From assembly GCA_001662655.1 (NCBI GenBank), contig KV460207.1: 64,000 bases of DNA, one strand, 5' to 3'. The notes under the pieces are model-generated. The model was not told the origin of the DNA, ran no database searches, and worked only from the letters and a program-made list of their open reading frames with translations. Positions 1 through 14,480 of this stretch are shown piece after piece. Position numbers and translations under genes: made by a program. The first letter of the stretch is position 1, and each line of letters opens with the position of its first letter. The stretch is from Pseudogymnoascus verrucosus. Taxonomy: Eukaryota.

Positions 1-835
1 ACGCCGGCAGAGCCAATACCTCGAGCTCGAAGCTCAGAAGGTTGAAACAGCGGCCGCCTACGCCGTCTATTCCTGTCAGCGGCTGTCTGGGTGGTTGCAG
101 CCGCCAGCGACTTGATTGGCTGAGAGACGACCTCGATGTGTGACAGGGACTTGGACTGGGACTGGACCTCATTAAGAAACGATCAGTGAATCGGAAGTCG
201 AGTAGCCGCACGAATCAGAGCGAGCATGCCGAAATAAGGACTCGCAATCTTATGGTCGCGTCTATTCCAGCTGTTGTGGGCATAGTATGCGGGTTCGTCC
301 GGCTGTTTGGGCGCGTAAACATTAAATTGCGGGTGCGGTGACAGGGAGAGATAGGCCCGCCCTTTGGTCAGCATCGCTTCTAGAGCATAGCGACCTCACT
401 CATTACTCGAGTATACACTTGGAGTATGGTATCTCTATCTCTGTCCGCAATAAGCAGGCAGTGGGACTCGGGCCGGGCTTATTATATCGCTCGTGAAGAC
501 GACGGTCAGGACGAACGGACGAAGAAAGGCCGAATGCGTCTGAGACCAGGCTGGTTGGGATGGGTTTTGTACGAATACTCCCGACGTTGGGCAGCGACGA
601 GGGAGATTATTGCCGCATGTCTTCACTGATGCAGAGAACGTTCTTGCCTGGTCTGGGCTGTCTACGTTGTCTAGGTTGTCTAGGCTATCTTCTGCCCTTC
701 AGCCGGCGCCGCAGTTGCACCATCTTCATAGCAGAAATAGAGAATAGAGGAGTACTTCTGTCTTGGCTGTGTTCTAGGCCTCTTGACATGTGTCGGATTA
801 TGCGGACCGGAGGCCAGAAGAGGCACTTTTGATTC

Positions 836-859
836 GTACTGTACTGTACTGTACTGTAC
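836..859. repeat. (GTACT)n pentanucleotide microsatellite
   Basis: gtact gtact gtact gtact gtac read directly; a (CT)n tract follows at about 929-944. Confidence 0.8.
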
Positions 860-2111
860 AACACATACAGTGCTTTTACTATGCCCAAGGCTGGGAGAGG
901 GGCTCTTTCGCCATTTCCACGTGTATCGCTCTCTCTCTCTCTCTGCTATCTCTGGTAATTGTAAGTCCATAATTGCAATATAAAAATCGAGATGTTTTCG
1001 TGGAGGTCCTTGCAGGTTGAGGAAGAAATACCGCAGCCTCCTGCATCGTAATGCATGTGGGTGTATGGTTGGGGTACTCAATTGGTACTTTGTGGCCTGT
1101 GTATTTTTCTTAGTAACAGACAGTACCAATCAGGTATCCGGCACACGCCGATGTATGTATGTTCATGCTGGTCAGGACGCCGACCGACACCGTTATCTTA
1201 TCCCGCTGCCATGCCACTACAAACAAAAAAATGTATGTACTTGCAGTGCTGTACTGTACCGCGGAAGCCAATTATCCTCCTCTCTTCCCCTCTACTCGCC
1301 TGCTGTTCGCCTGTTGTTCGCCTGCCCGCCTCCTCCCCCCGCCTGCAATTACGTAGAGTCCTTACCTGAACACTCTTGTTCCATAACCCAAAAACCAAGG
1401 CGCCATGCTTCCCTCCCACAATTTGTCCTAAATCCCACCTCTATTATTCCTGTTCCTACTTCTCTCCCGTAAATCATCCATTCACAGTCTACTCTTTGTA
1501 ATCTTGAATCCTCTTCCCAGGTTTTTATTATATGAATACTCCTCCTTCATCCTCACCGACGCACCGCCGGCTCTCACTCCACTCGGCGTAATTGCTTCAC
1601 GCTTCCTCACAAAAAGCGGCTGACGAGAGAGTTACCTGCCTGTCTGCCCCTCACCACCCCCCTCCCCAACACCACACCCAATCCTGCCCCACCATCCCAC
1701 CACGCCTGCTTTACAGGCCCTTCAGCTTGGAATAACTTGACCAGCATCAGCATCAGCATTGTTTAATATCCATTTATCTCATATATACATCTATCACTAC
1801 AAATAGCCCGCGTCGCCCTTCACCCCGCTCTCGCTGCGTCACCGCCCATTGAGAACAGAGATCTCTCTACCTCGACCTCCAACCTCCTACCAAGCGCAGT
1901 CCGAAGCGCATTCACACCTCCTCGTGCCAGAAGTTCATTCACGCATGAACGTTCACGTCTTCGACTGATTCACCCGAGCCGAACGAGACATATATTGCAC
2001 TCCCAACGACTACCACCAAGGTGCGAGCCTTGTCAACCTCTCCAGCACACTGCCCGCTTGTCTATAGACTGAGGCCTCTCACACCCAATTCGAAAAGACA
2101 ACCTTACCATA

Positions 2112-5036
2112 ATGGCACAAAGGCCGCCAGTCGTCGGTGGCAGTTCTGAGTGGACAGAGACACCACGCTCTGTTCCGTCGAGCGCACTGGATGGCTCAGT
2201 GACCCCAGGAATCGTCCCTGGGACATATTCGGCAGGCCGTAGGTCATCGTACTTCCCAGCTGTGGATAACAGCCGCTCAGAAACGCCGTCTCCATCGGCC
2301 CAGCTGGTTGATCCCTCATCTCAACCTTCAGCTCTCAAGGATGGAGTCCCGCCGAGAAAGGCCTCGCTCACGGACATCGACCCGAAGTCCGCCTTTCCCT
2401 CTCTCGAGCTTACCGGCTCGGTCATATCAGCGGCATTCTGTGTCCCTTATTCTCTAAAGTACCAAAAGGGTTCGGACTGGGTAAGTTGTTAATGATCACC
2501 ACATGCAGTAGCGGTAGACTAACTATACCAGGATCTGAAGCAACGCCGCGGCACTTCTGCCCTATTCGAGTCATTCGCATACCTCTCATCGAACGAAACA
2601 CCTTGGAACCACACGTTAGTTGGATGGACGGGGGAGATCGATCAATCTGACGAATTATCACCACCCACCACCCCTCCAGCAACAACAACCTCCACAAGGG
2701 TTCCCCCTCTGAATAAAGCATCTGCTCCCATACCTCTAGACGATAATAGGCCAGTTACTCCTCCCCCAACCGAAGGGTTGTGGATAGGCAAGGACGACCG
2801 AGCCCGGCTAGAGTGGCAACTTGCCCATGACAGCCGCGGAAAGACCGTACCAGTCTGGTTATATGATGACATAGAGGCATCTTCCGATGGGGACTTGCTC
2901 CTGAAGGACCAGCGCCGCTGGCGCCGCTTTGCTCAGAATGAGCTCTATCCTCTCTTCCACTACAAGCAACATGTCCCCTCAGATGGCAGGGCAGAACGCA
3001 AATCGTGGAAGGACTATCAACGATTGAACGAGAGATTTGCCGCCAAGATCCTCGAAATCTACAAGCCGGGAGATATCGTAATGATCCATGACTTCCACCT
3101 ACTTTTGGTGCCAGCTATTCTGCGCCGAAAGATTCCCCATATGCACATTTCATTCTTCTTGCACATTCCTTTCCCCAGTAGCGAGTTCCTGCGTTGCTTG
3201 CCGCGACGAAACGAGGTTCTTCTTGGTATGCTCGGCGCGAATATGCTCGGATTTCAGTCATTTAGCTACTCCAGACATTTCGTTTCTTGCTGCACCAGAG
3301 TCCTTGGTTTGCCATCAGATATCGCTGGCGTGGAGGCACATGGCTCTAAGGTGTCAGTGGGAGTATTCCCCATTGGCATTGACGCAGCTGGAGTCGAGAA
3401 ACTTGCATTTGGACGACCCGAAATTGAGAAGAACTTCTTGGGACTCAACACGCTGTACCAAGGAAAGAAGATCATCGTTGGCCGAGATCGCCTGGATAGC
3501 GTCCGAGGTGTTGCTCAGAAGCTTATGGCCTTTGAGCGGTTCCTCGAGGATTATCCTGAGTGGCGCGACCTGGTCGTTCTAATCCAAGTCACAAGCCCTA
3601 CCAGCATCGAAGAGGAGAGGCAAGACTCTGAAAACAAGGTCACGATCAAGGTTTCAGAGCTTGTGGCTAAGATTAACGGCCTCTATGGGTCTCTTGGCTT
3701 CTCTCCAGTTCAGCACTACCCTCAATATCTCTCGCAAGATGAGTACCTGGCGCTTCTCAGAGCGGCTGATATCGGCCTGATTACCAGTGTACGAGACGGT
3801 ATGAACACAACCAGCTTGGAATATGTCGTCTGTCAAAGGGACAACCATGGCCCTGTGATATTGTCTGAATTCTCCGGCACAGCGGGAAGTCTGAAAGAGG
3901 CGATCCATATCAACCCGTGGGATTTGACTGGAGTCGCTGACGCCATAAACAATGCGTTGACGATGTCACCTGAGAAGAAGAAGGAGACGCACGAAGACCT
4001 CTATAAGCACGTCACGACACATAATGTCCAGGCATGGACTACCGGCTACATCAAAAGGCTCCTTACTGTCCTCTCGTCGCACAGTACCTCTGTTACTACC
4101 CCCATTCTGGACAGAGAGAAGCTGCTGGCGCAGTTTACCAAGGCCAAAAAGCGACTGTTTATGATTGATTACGACGGCACCCTGACCCCCATTGTGAAGG
4201 ATCCGGCAGCAGCAACACCTAGCGAGCTGTTGATCAAAACCCTCCACACCTTAGCTGCCGATACCAAGAACGAGATCTGGATTATTAGTGGCAGAGACCA
4301 AGAGTTCTTGACTGAGCACCTTGGGAATATCCCTGGAGTCGGTTTCAGCGCTGAACATGGTAGCTTCATGCGTCCTCCGGGAAGCGACACCTGGGAGAAC
4401 TTGGCTGAGACGACGGATATGGGATGGCAGAAGGAAGTCATTGATGTTTTCCAGAAATATACCGAAAGGACACAAGGTGAGAAAGTCGGTCCAATGTCAT
4501 TACGTAACAGGTGCTAATCGTATACAGGTTCATTTATTGAGCGCAAGCGCTGTGCTCTAACATGGCATTACCGACGAGCAGACCAAGAGCTCGCCGCGTA
4601 CATGGCACGCGAATGTCAGACTGAGCTTGAACAAACCGTAGCCAAGAAATGGGATGTCGAAGTCATGACCGGCAAGATGAATCTCGAGGTTCGACCAACA
4701 TTCATCAACAAGGGCGAGATCGTCAAGCGCCTCATCTCCAGCCACACCACTAAGGATGGGGAGCCTACAGGTGGCGAGGCCCCAGAGTTTATGATCAGCC
4801 TGGGCGATGACTTCACAGATGAGGATATGTTCAGGGCACTTAATGCCAGTGGGGTGCCCGAGGAGACTATGTTCACAGTCACAGTCGGGTCAAGCAGCCG
4901 GATGACGCTGGCGCATTGGCATCTCCCCGAGCCCGCCGATGTGATTCACAGCCTGGCCACTCTTGCGGGCTTGAAGCAACCGAGTGAGCCACTTCCATGC
5001 AACACTCTGTGGAATACGCCCGCGGGCAAATTGTGA
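2112..5036 (+). CDS. TPS2: Trehalose-6-phosphate phosphatase (GT20-like domain + HAD phosphatase); exons about 2112-2480, 2532-4476, 4528-5036
   Basis: Motifs IHDFHLLLVP, GRDRLDSVRG, RDGMNTTSLEY, HAD motif DYDGTLTP and GDDFTDEDMF; GT-AG introns 2481-2531 and 4477-4527 join the frames. Confidence 0.93.
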
Positions 5037-5680
5037 GGGTTTTTCATTGCGGCATTGGATACGGATGGAGGCAAAAGGGTCATGAGCATTTGCATTTTAG
5101 ATTTTTTTAAGTTTTACGCCTGTGCTTGCACTGCACGCATGAGTATATGAGATAGATGTCATGATATAACTAAATATAAGCAACAAACGCCTTAGGCGGC
5201 CATGCATTTATGGTAATCACATATATTTTCATATAGCCGCCCACTCAACATTTGAGGTTTTCATTACATATGTGCTCGTCGCGGTTCTTGCCGCATACTG
5301 TCGGCGGGCCCAGTCCAGTCCACGGTAACCCCACGCTAGTGAAGTGGGGAGCTGCCCATGCTCCAAACCTCAACCACTCAGCCCATCAAATCATCGTTGA
5401 GGAAGCAAAATATGCCATACCCGTAGCAGCTAAATTGGAACGCCTCGTGGGAGATGGGGTGGTTAAATGCTGTAAGGCGATGATTAACGGATGAAGATCT
5501 CGCAGGGCGGGTGGAAAATATAGGCCGTGATCGGCGATTGGGTGAGGAAAATATAATGCGAGTATGCACTGCAGCTTGGCGGTGCGGACTTTTATATCTT
5601 TGAGCTGGGTGCCGCTTTGGAGTTTTTCATAGTGACTGACTCAGTTGTTGAAAAACTTCTACGGAAGGATAATTGCTAAG

Positions 5681-7299
5681 ATGGCGGAGAATGCATGTGA
5701 AGCTAACGAGAAGGGGGTGCCTGCGATGGATGCGACGACGACGTCAAACTATGCGAATGATGCGCCAGATCTTTCTGATGGAGACGATGTTGCGCTCGCG
5801 ATCGTGGGGTTGCATGCCCAGCCCATCGATCCTTTGGTTGAAGCGCGAGTTGTTCGCAAGATTGATCTCTTCTTGATTCCCGCGATGATAGTGGGATATG
5901 GAATGGTCTATTATGACAAAGTAGCTACTATCCTCATCCCTTGCTGTTAATGTGACTGACGCTCTCCTAGGCCATCCTAGGCTCCGCCGTTCTCTTCGGC
6001 ATGACCGGCGACCTATCTCTCGCGGTCGTCAACAAGACAACTACCCCGCCAACAACTGATACCACCCGCCTCAGCTGGGCAACCTCCATCTTCTACTTCG
6101 GTATGCTCGCCGGCCTCTACCCCATGACCTTCGCACTCCAGCGCTTCTCCCTCAGCAAGGTCCTCGGTCCCATCGTCATCCTCTGGGCCCTAATCTGCAT
6201 GCTCACCGCAGCGGTGACATCCTTCAAAGGCCTTTTCGTCCAGCGCTTCTTCCTCGGCTTCGTCGAATCCGTCATTCCCACCGCCTTCATGACCATCGTC
6301 GCCGGGTACTACACGCAGCAAGAGCAGACGCTGCGCCAATCATGGTGGTTCTCCAGCACTGGCCTCTTCACCATCCTCGGCGGCGCAGTCAACTACGGCT
6401 TCGGCCAGATCACAGGCGGCGCGCTGAAGAGATGGCAGTACATCTATCTCCTCGCCGGCTGCCTCACCATCCTCTTCGGAATATGGTGTTTTTTCGTCCC
6501 CAGCAGCCCCGCGACGGCCTGGTTCCTCACCCCCGAGGAGAAGGTCGTAGCAACCGAGCGACTGCGACGCGGCCAGACTGGGCTACGCTGCGAGAAGTTC
6601 AAAGCGGGACAAATCCGCGAGGCCCTCCTCGATCCAAAGACCTACCTCATCTTCCTCATGATGGCCAGCGCATACACCGTCAACGGCGCCGTCTCCGGCT
6701 TCGGGCCCCTGATCGTCAGCACCTTCGGCTATTCGACGCTTCAGTCTATTCTTTTCCAATTCCCGCTCGGCGCGCTCTGTTTCGTTCTCATCTTGTTGAC
6801 GGGATGGCTCTCAGCGCGCTACCCGAATATCCGCATCATCCTGCTCGTGCTCTGTTGTTTCCCTGTCATCGCCGGCTGCGCGATGATTTGGAAGTCGGAG
6901 TGGTCGCACCACGCGGTGGCGCCGGTGGCGGGGTATAGCATCATCGGGTCGTTTGGGGCGGTGGTGAGTCTCGTGATTGCGATAGGGATGTCGAATGTTG
7001 CGGGGCATACGAAGAAGAGTTTCATGGCTGCGACGATCTTTGTGGCGTATTGTGTAGGCAATATTGTGGGGCCGCTGCTGATTAAGAGTCAGACGAAGAG
7101 TAGGCACTATCCGATGTTGTGGTTGGGCCTAATAATTTGCTACTGTATTACGATTGTGAGTAGTGTGGTGCTGTATTTTGTGCTGGGGAGGGAGAATAGG
7201 AGGAGGGACGCAATGGAGCTTGATGTCGTGGAGGGGGATAAGTTGGCTTTTAAGGATTTGACGGATGTGGAGAATCCGTACTTTAGGTATATGCTGTGA
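5681..7299 (+). CDS. MFS transporter, Dal5/allantoate permease (ACS) family; intron 5921-5970
   Basis: VVRKIDLFLIP...YYDK|AILG, RFFLGFVES, SNVAGHTKK, C-terminal AFKDLTDVENPYFRYML typical of the Dal5 family. Confidence 0.9.
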
Positions 7300-7958
7300 A
7301 GACGGCTTAATATTGATACTATCTATTTGCCCTATAAGGGATATAACTATGGACAGTATGATGAGGAAAATATAATATTGGTTATTAATGTTGGAGCTAT
7401 TATTAGAGAAATTATATAAATAAAACTCGTAAAATATATTGAAGATATATCGAATAATCAAAACACAACAGCGTATTATCATTTTTCAACTTATTACGAG
7501 GCTTTAAATTTACCATTAATCATATAAGATCTCAAATGAGACGTCTGAAGTATTTCAGATTCAGACAATGAAATAAGGAGTTGATAATTACCAGCACGTG
7601 CCCAGTCGTGACAATGACGAAATGTGCAAACACGACAAACAACCTAAGAATGAGGACTATTGCGTCGTTCGAAACAATAGTTTTAGCTTGCCCGCGGCTA
7701 ACATTCGCCGAACTGTCTAATTTCTTGGACAAATCTATAAGTTCCGAGATCCGCTATCTATTCGCATCTTTCCATAGCTCTACTGTTATATACAACAGGG
7801 CATTGAGCGATAGCGTTGCTGGCACCGAGCTCTCCGTCTGACACACCCAATCCAACCCCACCGAACAGCTCCGAATCTCCGCCTGCCATGAACGATGCGC
7901 CGCGCAGCCCCGCGATCCACTGCACGACACCCTACTAAACCACTCACGGATCTCAGAA

Positions 7959-10210
7959 ATGATCATCCGGAGTTTGCATAGAGCTACGTGCTCCATTGCA
8001 CGGGTGGAATTGCGCCAGAGGCCATGGCCTAGGCCGGAGACGCTGTCGAAGCGCGTCTTTACGAGCACGAGTCGAGTGTTCAAAGATGTCCCTACAACGA
8101 ATAAGACCCAGCCAACCCCCGATGGCAAGCAGACACCGCGCGCCGTTCCTACTGGGGCGAAACCCGACGCAGGTTCGAAGCCGCTCTTGCCAGCTACGCC
8201 GGCGAAGCGCAAAGACCCCCTCGCGCTCGAGGACAAGTCGAATAAGGAGCAGCGCCAGGCGGATTGGGCGATTATAAAAGAGATGTCACAGTATCTATGG
8301 CCCAAGCATGGCCTCAGCACAAAAGTCCGTGTCGGGCTCGCGCTCGGCCTGCTCGTTGGAGCCAAGGTCCTCAACGTCCAGGTGCCGTTCTACTTTAAGA
8401 ACATTGTGGACGCGATGAACGTTGACTTCATCGGCGTTGGCGGAACGGCGGCCACAGTGGCGGGATCGATGATTTTGGCGTATGGCCTGACCAGGTTCGG
8501 CGCCACGATCTTCCAGGAGCTGAGGAACGCGGTGTTTGCGAGCGTTGCGCAGAAGGCGATCCGCAAGGTCGCGGGAAATGTGTTTGACCATCTACTGCGG
8601 CTGGATCTGAATTTCCATCTCACGAAGCAGACGGGCGGGCTTACGAGGGCGATCGATCGCGGGACGAAGGGGATTAGCTTCCTCCTCACGTCGATGGTGT
8701 TCCATGTTATCCCTACTGCGCTGGAGATTAGCATGGTGTGCGGAATCCTGACGTGGCAGTATGGGGCCAAGTTTGCGGCTATCACGGCTGTGACGATGGT
8801 GGCATATACAGCGTTTACGATCTGGACTACGGCGTGGAGGACGAAGTTCAGGAGGCAGGCAAATGCAGCGGATAACAAGGCGTCCACGGTGGCGGTTGAC
8901 TCGCTCATCAACTATGAGGCTGTCAAGTACTTCAATAATGAGAAGTATGAAGTGGGGAGGTACGACAAGGCCCTGCTGGGCTACGAGAGGTCGTCTATCA
9001 AGGTCGCCACGTCTTTGGCATTCCTTAATGCGGGACAGAACTTGATTTTCTCAAGTGCCTTGACGGGGATGATGTATCTGGCTGCTAATGGTGTGGCCGA
9101 GGGAACGCTGACGGTTGGAGACCTGGTAATGGTTAACCAACTTGTGTTCCAGCTCTCTGTCCCATTGAACTTCCTCGGGTCAGTGTATCGCGAGCTCCGT
9201 CAGTCCCTGCTGGACATGGAAACGCTCTTCAACCTGCAGAAGGTCAATGTGGCCATCAAAGAGGTGCCCAACGCGAAGCCACTCGAGCTAACCGGCGGAG
9301 GAGAAATCGTCTTTGAAAACGTCACCTTCGCCTACAATAAAGAGCGCCCCATCCTGCAGAACCTCAATCTAACCATTCCCGCCGGCAAGAAGGTCGCCAT
9401 CGTCGGACCTAGCGGCTGCGGAAAGTCGACCCTCCTCAAGCTCCTCTTCCGCTTCTACGACGTCCAAGAAGGCCGCATCCTCATCGACGGCCAAGACATC
9501 CGCCATGTTAGCCTCGCCTCCCTCCGCAAAGCCATCGGCGTCGTCCCCCAAGATACCCCCCTCTTCAACGACACCATCGAGCACAACATCCGCTACGGTG
9601 ATCTGTCAGCACCCCCCGAGGCTGTCCGCGCCGCCGCCGCTCGCGCCCGCATCGATCACATCATCTCTGCGTTCCCGGATGGCTACCAGACCATGGTCGG
9701 TGAGCGCGGGATGATGATTTCGGGCGGAGAAAAGCAGCGTCTTGCGGTGTCAAGGCTGCTGTTGAAGGATCCGCCGCTGCTGTTCTTTGATGAGGCGACG
9801 TCGGCGCTGGATACGCATACGGAGCAGGCGCTGATGCAGAATATTAATGGGATTTTGAAGGAGAAGGCGAGGACGAGCGTGTTTGTGGCGCATCGGCTGA
9901 GGACGATCTATGATAGTGATAAGATCATCGTGCTGAAGGAGGGGAAGGTGGCGGAGAGTGGAAGCCACAGCGAGTTGATTGATACAGGGGGTGTGTATTC
10001 AGAGTTGTGGAGTGGTAAGTTCGGTTCGGTTTCATTTATTTTCTTGAGGCGTGTTTAGCTGGCCCGCCTGGTTGTACCAGTAAGAAGCCCTTGCTGACTG
10101 TTGACTTAGCCCAAGAAACCCTGTTCCAACATGGGACTAGTGAGCATGAGGTGGCTGTAGAGGATGTTCTAGAGAAAGCTGAAGGGGATGGGAGCGGTAA
10201 GGGTAGGTGA
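7959..10210 (+). CDS. ATM1: Mitochondrial ABC half-transporter, Fe-S export (ABCB7 type); intron 10015-10109
   Basis: Arg-rich presequence, [29 protein letters not shown], Walker [28 protein letters not shown]. Confidence 0.95.
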
Positions 10211-10949
10211 GGCCCATATAGGAGACGGGAATTTAGGCATGAGGGTGTAGGAGAGAAATATACGAATACGGATAGAGTCGGAACTGCACAGCAGCAGCGG
10301 GCAGAGCGACTTTCCGACTATACGGTCGGCAACAGAGGTATCATAATGATACTGCAGTTATAGCGAAAATTATTGTGCCGGCATCACCGCACCCAGTAGG
10401 CTGGGGTTGTCGTCGCTGTGATAGCATGGCGAGAGAATAAAGCATACATTTGATACCATTTATATACAGACCGAGCCTATAATCATTGACTAGCTACTTC
10501 GGACTTATTTTTATCAGAAGCTCCCGGCACCCATCTTCATCTTTCGTGACTCCAAGATAGTTGAACCCAGCCGCTAACTGTTACTGCCTACCTACCGCCT
10601 TCACCGATCCCTAAACTGTCGACATAGTCTACGTACCTCACTAACTCTCACCCTGTCCGGAATATCCTCCTGCTAGGCTCTGGATTCTGTGCTTTGCTTG
10701 CGCACAAAGCTCACCCTCGAGTGGGCAGACAACCCAAATACGATCTGAGTTAGCCCTTACCGGAAGGTTAGTTTAAAACGATATATGAATGCATTCACCC
10801 CCAACAACGAGCCGATGATCCGTGTAGTGGGGTCAAACTCTACACAAAGGGGTAAGTAATGTGCCGCGTCACGTGTTTTGCACCGTCTAAAAGTGGGTTC
10901 TTTATATCAAAATTTGCTACACCAATTATTCGCATTTTCTCGCTCCATC

Positions 10950-10978
10950 ACAAGCAAGCAAGCAAACAAGCAAGCAAG
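10950..10978. repeat. (CAAG)n microsatellite in the 5' leader of the permease
   Basis: caagcaagcaagcaaacaagcaagcaag. Confidence 0.7.
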
Positions 10979-10987
10979 AAAACAGTT

Positions 10988-12764
10988 ATGGAAAACGACC
11001 CCCGACCTAAGATGGATGAGTTGCACCCTATGACGAAAGAAGGCATTGCTCCTGCTAGCTCCTGGCTACACGCGCCAAGCCAGCCCGAAAAGCTTAGCCA
11101 ATATCCTGGTACCCCACACTCTTCAACGTCTTTGTCTGATGATAAAGATGACCTGGATTTGCAGAAACTAGGCTACAAGTCAGTTCTTGCACGTGGCTGG
11201 GGCTCTTTTGATAACTTTGCATGCTCCTTCTCGGCGTTGTACTGCATAGGCGGCATCAGAGTATTATTTTACATTGCTCTCAGCAATGGTGGACCGGCTG
11301 CCTTGTATGTTAACATCTATCTTAACCCGCATAGTCTAGCATATACTGACAAATTTTGCAAAAAAAAGATGGAGCTCATGGATATCAGGAAGTATATTAT
11401 CGATTATTACTTCTGCCACGCTCGCGGAGGCTTGCTCTGCGTACCCAGCCGCTGGATCCATTTATTACTGGGCATTCCAGTCCTGGGGAGGTGGAAAGCT
11501 AGGGAGATTTATGTCTTTCATGGTAGCAGCTTGGACTCTTGTGGCTTGGACAGCCTTCCTTGCAGCGGACTCTTTCGGCGTTGCCAACTATCTAGTGTCT
11601 GAGGTGGTTGTGTTCAATCCTAATACGACCTTCCCCCATGACACGGCGGATGTGAAAGCAAGGGCGGTGGCATGGGCCTTCTCGCTACTTTTCCTAGCCA
11701 TTGCGACTTTGATGAACTTTCTACCTCCGCGCTCCTACGCATGGGTCTTCCGCGCCGGCGTTATGGTTATCGCGATTGATATTCTTCTCAACTTCATTTG
11801 GTTGCCAATTGGGGTCTCTAAGACATACGGGTTCCAGTCTGCCGAATTCGTCTTCACTTCAACATATAACGGGGGCCAGACCAGTCCCGGACTTAACTGG
11901 GTCTTGTCTTGGTTTCTTGTCTCTAGCTGCCTTGTCGGGGAAGATGCTTCAGGCCATGTCGCCGAAGAGACTGTCTCTGCGAAGAAAGCTGCTGCAAATG
12001 GGGTTTTTTGGGCTACAGTGGCATCGGCGATCTGCGGATTTCCAATCATTCTCGTCTTCCTTTTCTGCATGCCTCCAATCGATACGTTTTACGACACCGC
12101 GGCTCCTCAGCCATTCATCAATATGTATGCCCTGGCCTTAGGTCCGCGTGCACACGTTGTCGCCACGATTATCTCCATGATTGGGGCCATTCTCAATACG
12201 TCTATTTCCATGGTTGCAGCTTCCCGACTTGTTTTTGCAGTTGCTCGAGACTCCATCTTTCCGTTCAGCGAGTCGCTTTGCAGAGTCTCGAAAAGCAAGC
12301 AGCCACACAATGCTGTCATTTTCATCGCAACGATTGCAGCTCTCTTATTGTGCACCCAGCTGCCCTCGCAAGTGGCCTTCATGAGCTTGACTTCAACCTC
12401 GGCGGCAGGCTCCATTGCCGCGTATGGCCTTGTCGGCTTTGGGCGCGCCTTCATTACAAGGAAAACCTTCAAACCAAGCGTTTTCCATCTCGGCCGATTC
12501 GGAGTTATGATGGCTGTCGTCACATTCCTCTGGAACGGCTTTGCATTTGCTGTGCTTTGCTCCCCTCAGTATGGCAACAGCTCTATAAATGCAGATGCAA
12601 GCTTATTCAACTATGCCATTGTTATTATGGCTGGCGTTACAGTCATCGGCCTTGAAGAGTGGTGGCGAAAGTCCAGCCGCGTATGGTTTCACAATATCAA
12701 GGATATCGACACTACCTCGGACGTTGAGGTTCACGGAGAGGAACTTCGTTCCACTTCGTCATGA
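10988..12764 (+). CDS. APC-family amino acid/GABA/polyamine permease; intron 11305-11368
   Basis: LQKLGYKSVLARGW, LAEACSAYPAAGSIYYW (after splicing), DASGHVAEET, ASRLVFAVARD; many hydrophobic segments. Confidence 0.9.
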
Positions 12765-13861
12765 TCCGACACGAATTTATAGCCTGAATCGTTAGGCTCT
12801 CGGAGGATAGCAGACACCGAAGATCGCTCATATAGTAGGCTGGGAGGTATACGACGAGAGGTGGAATGTGCTAGGGAGAACCACAGTGGGATTGGATCTT
12901 GGGAAGGGGGATATTTGGCAATTGTAAGTTTGGATATGAGCATGACGGGTGTTCGATGATTGCTTCGGCATGACTCGTTCTGAGAAATTACCGTTGAACT
13001 TGATCTGGATAATACCAGCGAAAGGACATGCTTCTATCATACTCTTCTCTCCTCCTGATGTGATGAATTTCACGACCTCTTACCAGGTCGTGCTGGTCTA
13101 CTAACGCTAGGTTGGGCAGCTTGGCATGCGTTCCTGTGATATCGAACGTACGTTCTATGCTGAAAGGCACCATACGTGGCCTTGTACCATCTAGTTCTCT
13201 CTGTGGATGCTACCTCTTTGGTGTGACCCAAGATTCACCCTCGAGGCGGCAAGGGGCTCAGATTCCACGCTATGCGTATTGGCACGATGGTGACTATTGT
13301 CCAGGTTGGCATGATGTGAATATCGTCCAAGTGTTATGCAAGCTTGTGTATGTCGGAGTGGACGGGATGCCGAATTCTCGTGAGTCTATTGTCGTATGTG
13401 ACTGTTCTTGGTGTGGCCCACTTCCACTATATGACCTATTGAGGGAAGTTAGCTCCACCTTAAATTCCACTTTCCAATAGGGTTGTAGTCAGGTAGTCGT
13501 GTAATGAGTAGGGAGATCAGATTACTGTCAACATCTTGCTATGTCCAGCAGTAGAGGCGTCACCTATCATGCCTTTTAAAGTAAGGACCGACAAAAGCAT
13601 TCGCTGAGTTTTTGAATATGGTTCCCTTGGATGCTATCCGATATATCCGCATACTACGAACGCCTGGCCGCAGGGAAGGAAGGAAGGGAGGGGTAATAGT
13701 AGCAATTCGCCACAGTGGTCATCGTGGCAGTGATAGCAATGGATAGCACGTTGAGAAGAGTAATAATTTGGCCGTACGATATTCTACCAGAGCTCCAGGC
13801 AAATCACAGTAACAATATCATTATGAAGTTTCTTGTGTCATACCCAACATCCGCTTCTTAC

Positions 13862-14480
13862 TTACTGCCCATTTTTTATCAAATCCGGAATCTTCTCAGC
13901 CAGGGCGTCTATAATAATTAGCAATACAAAACGTAGAGCGATACGAAGACAGGAAAACTCACAAATTGTGCTCCGAGGGTGTCCTGGGGGCAGGAACGGA
14001 AACGCACTTGCGTCAACGACACGCACTCCCTTAACACCATAGACCCGTGCATGGCTGTCAACAACAGCCATACTATCGGCCGATAGACCCATTTTACAGG
14101 TGGAGCTGGCATGCCACACGGCCTGCAGAGTGCCTTTGATAGCCTTTTTGATCCTATTAGCATTGTATATATAGCATAAGACGAACAGCATGGGACTGTA
14201 CCTCCAAAATCTGAGCGTCGGTCTGGACCGATGCGCCGGGGTAGTATTCATCTCCGATGATGATCTTCTGCATAAAAGAACTGGCGCATGCTTGACGAAC
14301 ACGTTTATAAGAAGCGACGGCAACTTGCTGGTCGGTGGGGGATTGGAGGGCTGGGATGTTGATGATGGGAAGGTCTTGAGTGTCTGTAGATGTGAGGGTA
14401 ATGTTGCCCCGAGACAGAGGAGCAACTAGGGTAGCCAGAATAGTAGCATATTGGTACCCATCGTTTGGTTCTGAGATGAT
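13862..14480 (-). pseudogene. 5'-truncated GMC oxidoreductase (C-terminal part only)
   Basis: Spliced frame DGYQYATILATLVAPLSRGNITL...EYYPGASVQTDAQILE|AIKGTLQAVWHASSTCKMG...VVDSHARVYGVKGVRVVDASAFPFLPPGHP; no N-terminal FAD-binding region fits before the next gene. Confidence 0.8.

Noticed and set aside
1..1500. Short ORFs upstream of TPS2 (183-374, 435-626, 680-1129, 1017-1472)
   Set aside because: No recognisable motifs and they run through microsatellites; probably promoter or UTR, though the start of a minus-strand gene leaving the window cannot be excluded
1287..1663. STRE-like CCCCT sites upstream of TPS2
   Set aside because: Biologically plausible, but 5-mers in a C-rich tract are expected by chance
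7129..7482. 117-aa Ile/Asn-rich minus-strand ORF
   Set aside because: An AT-rich terminator region read antisense to the MFS end
12800..13500. Several 60-120 aa ORFs after the permease
   Set aside because: No domain recognised; cannot support a gene or relic call
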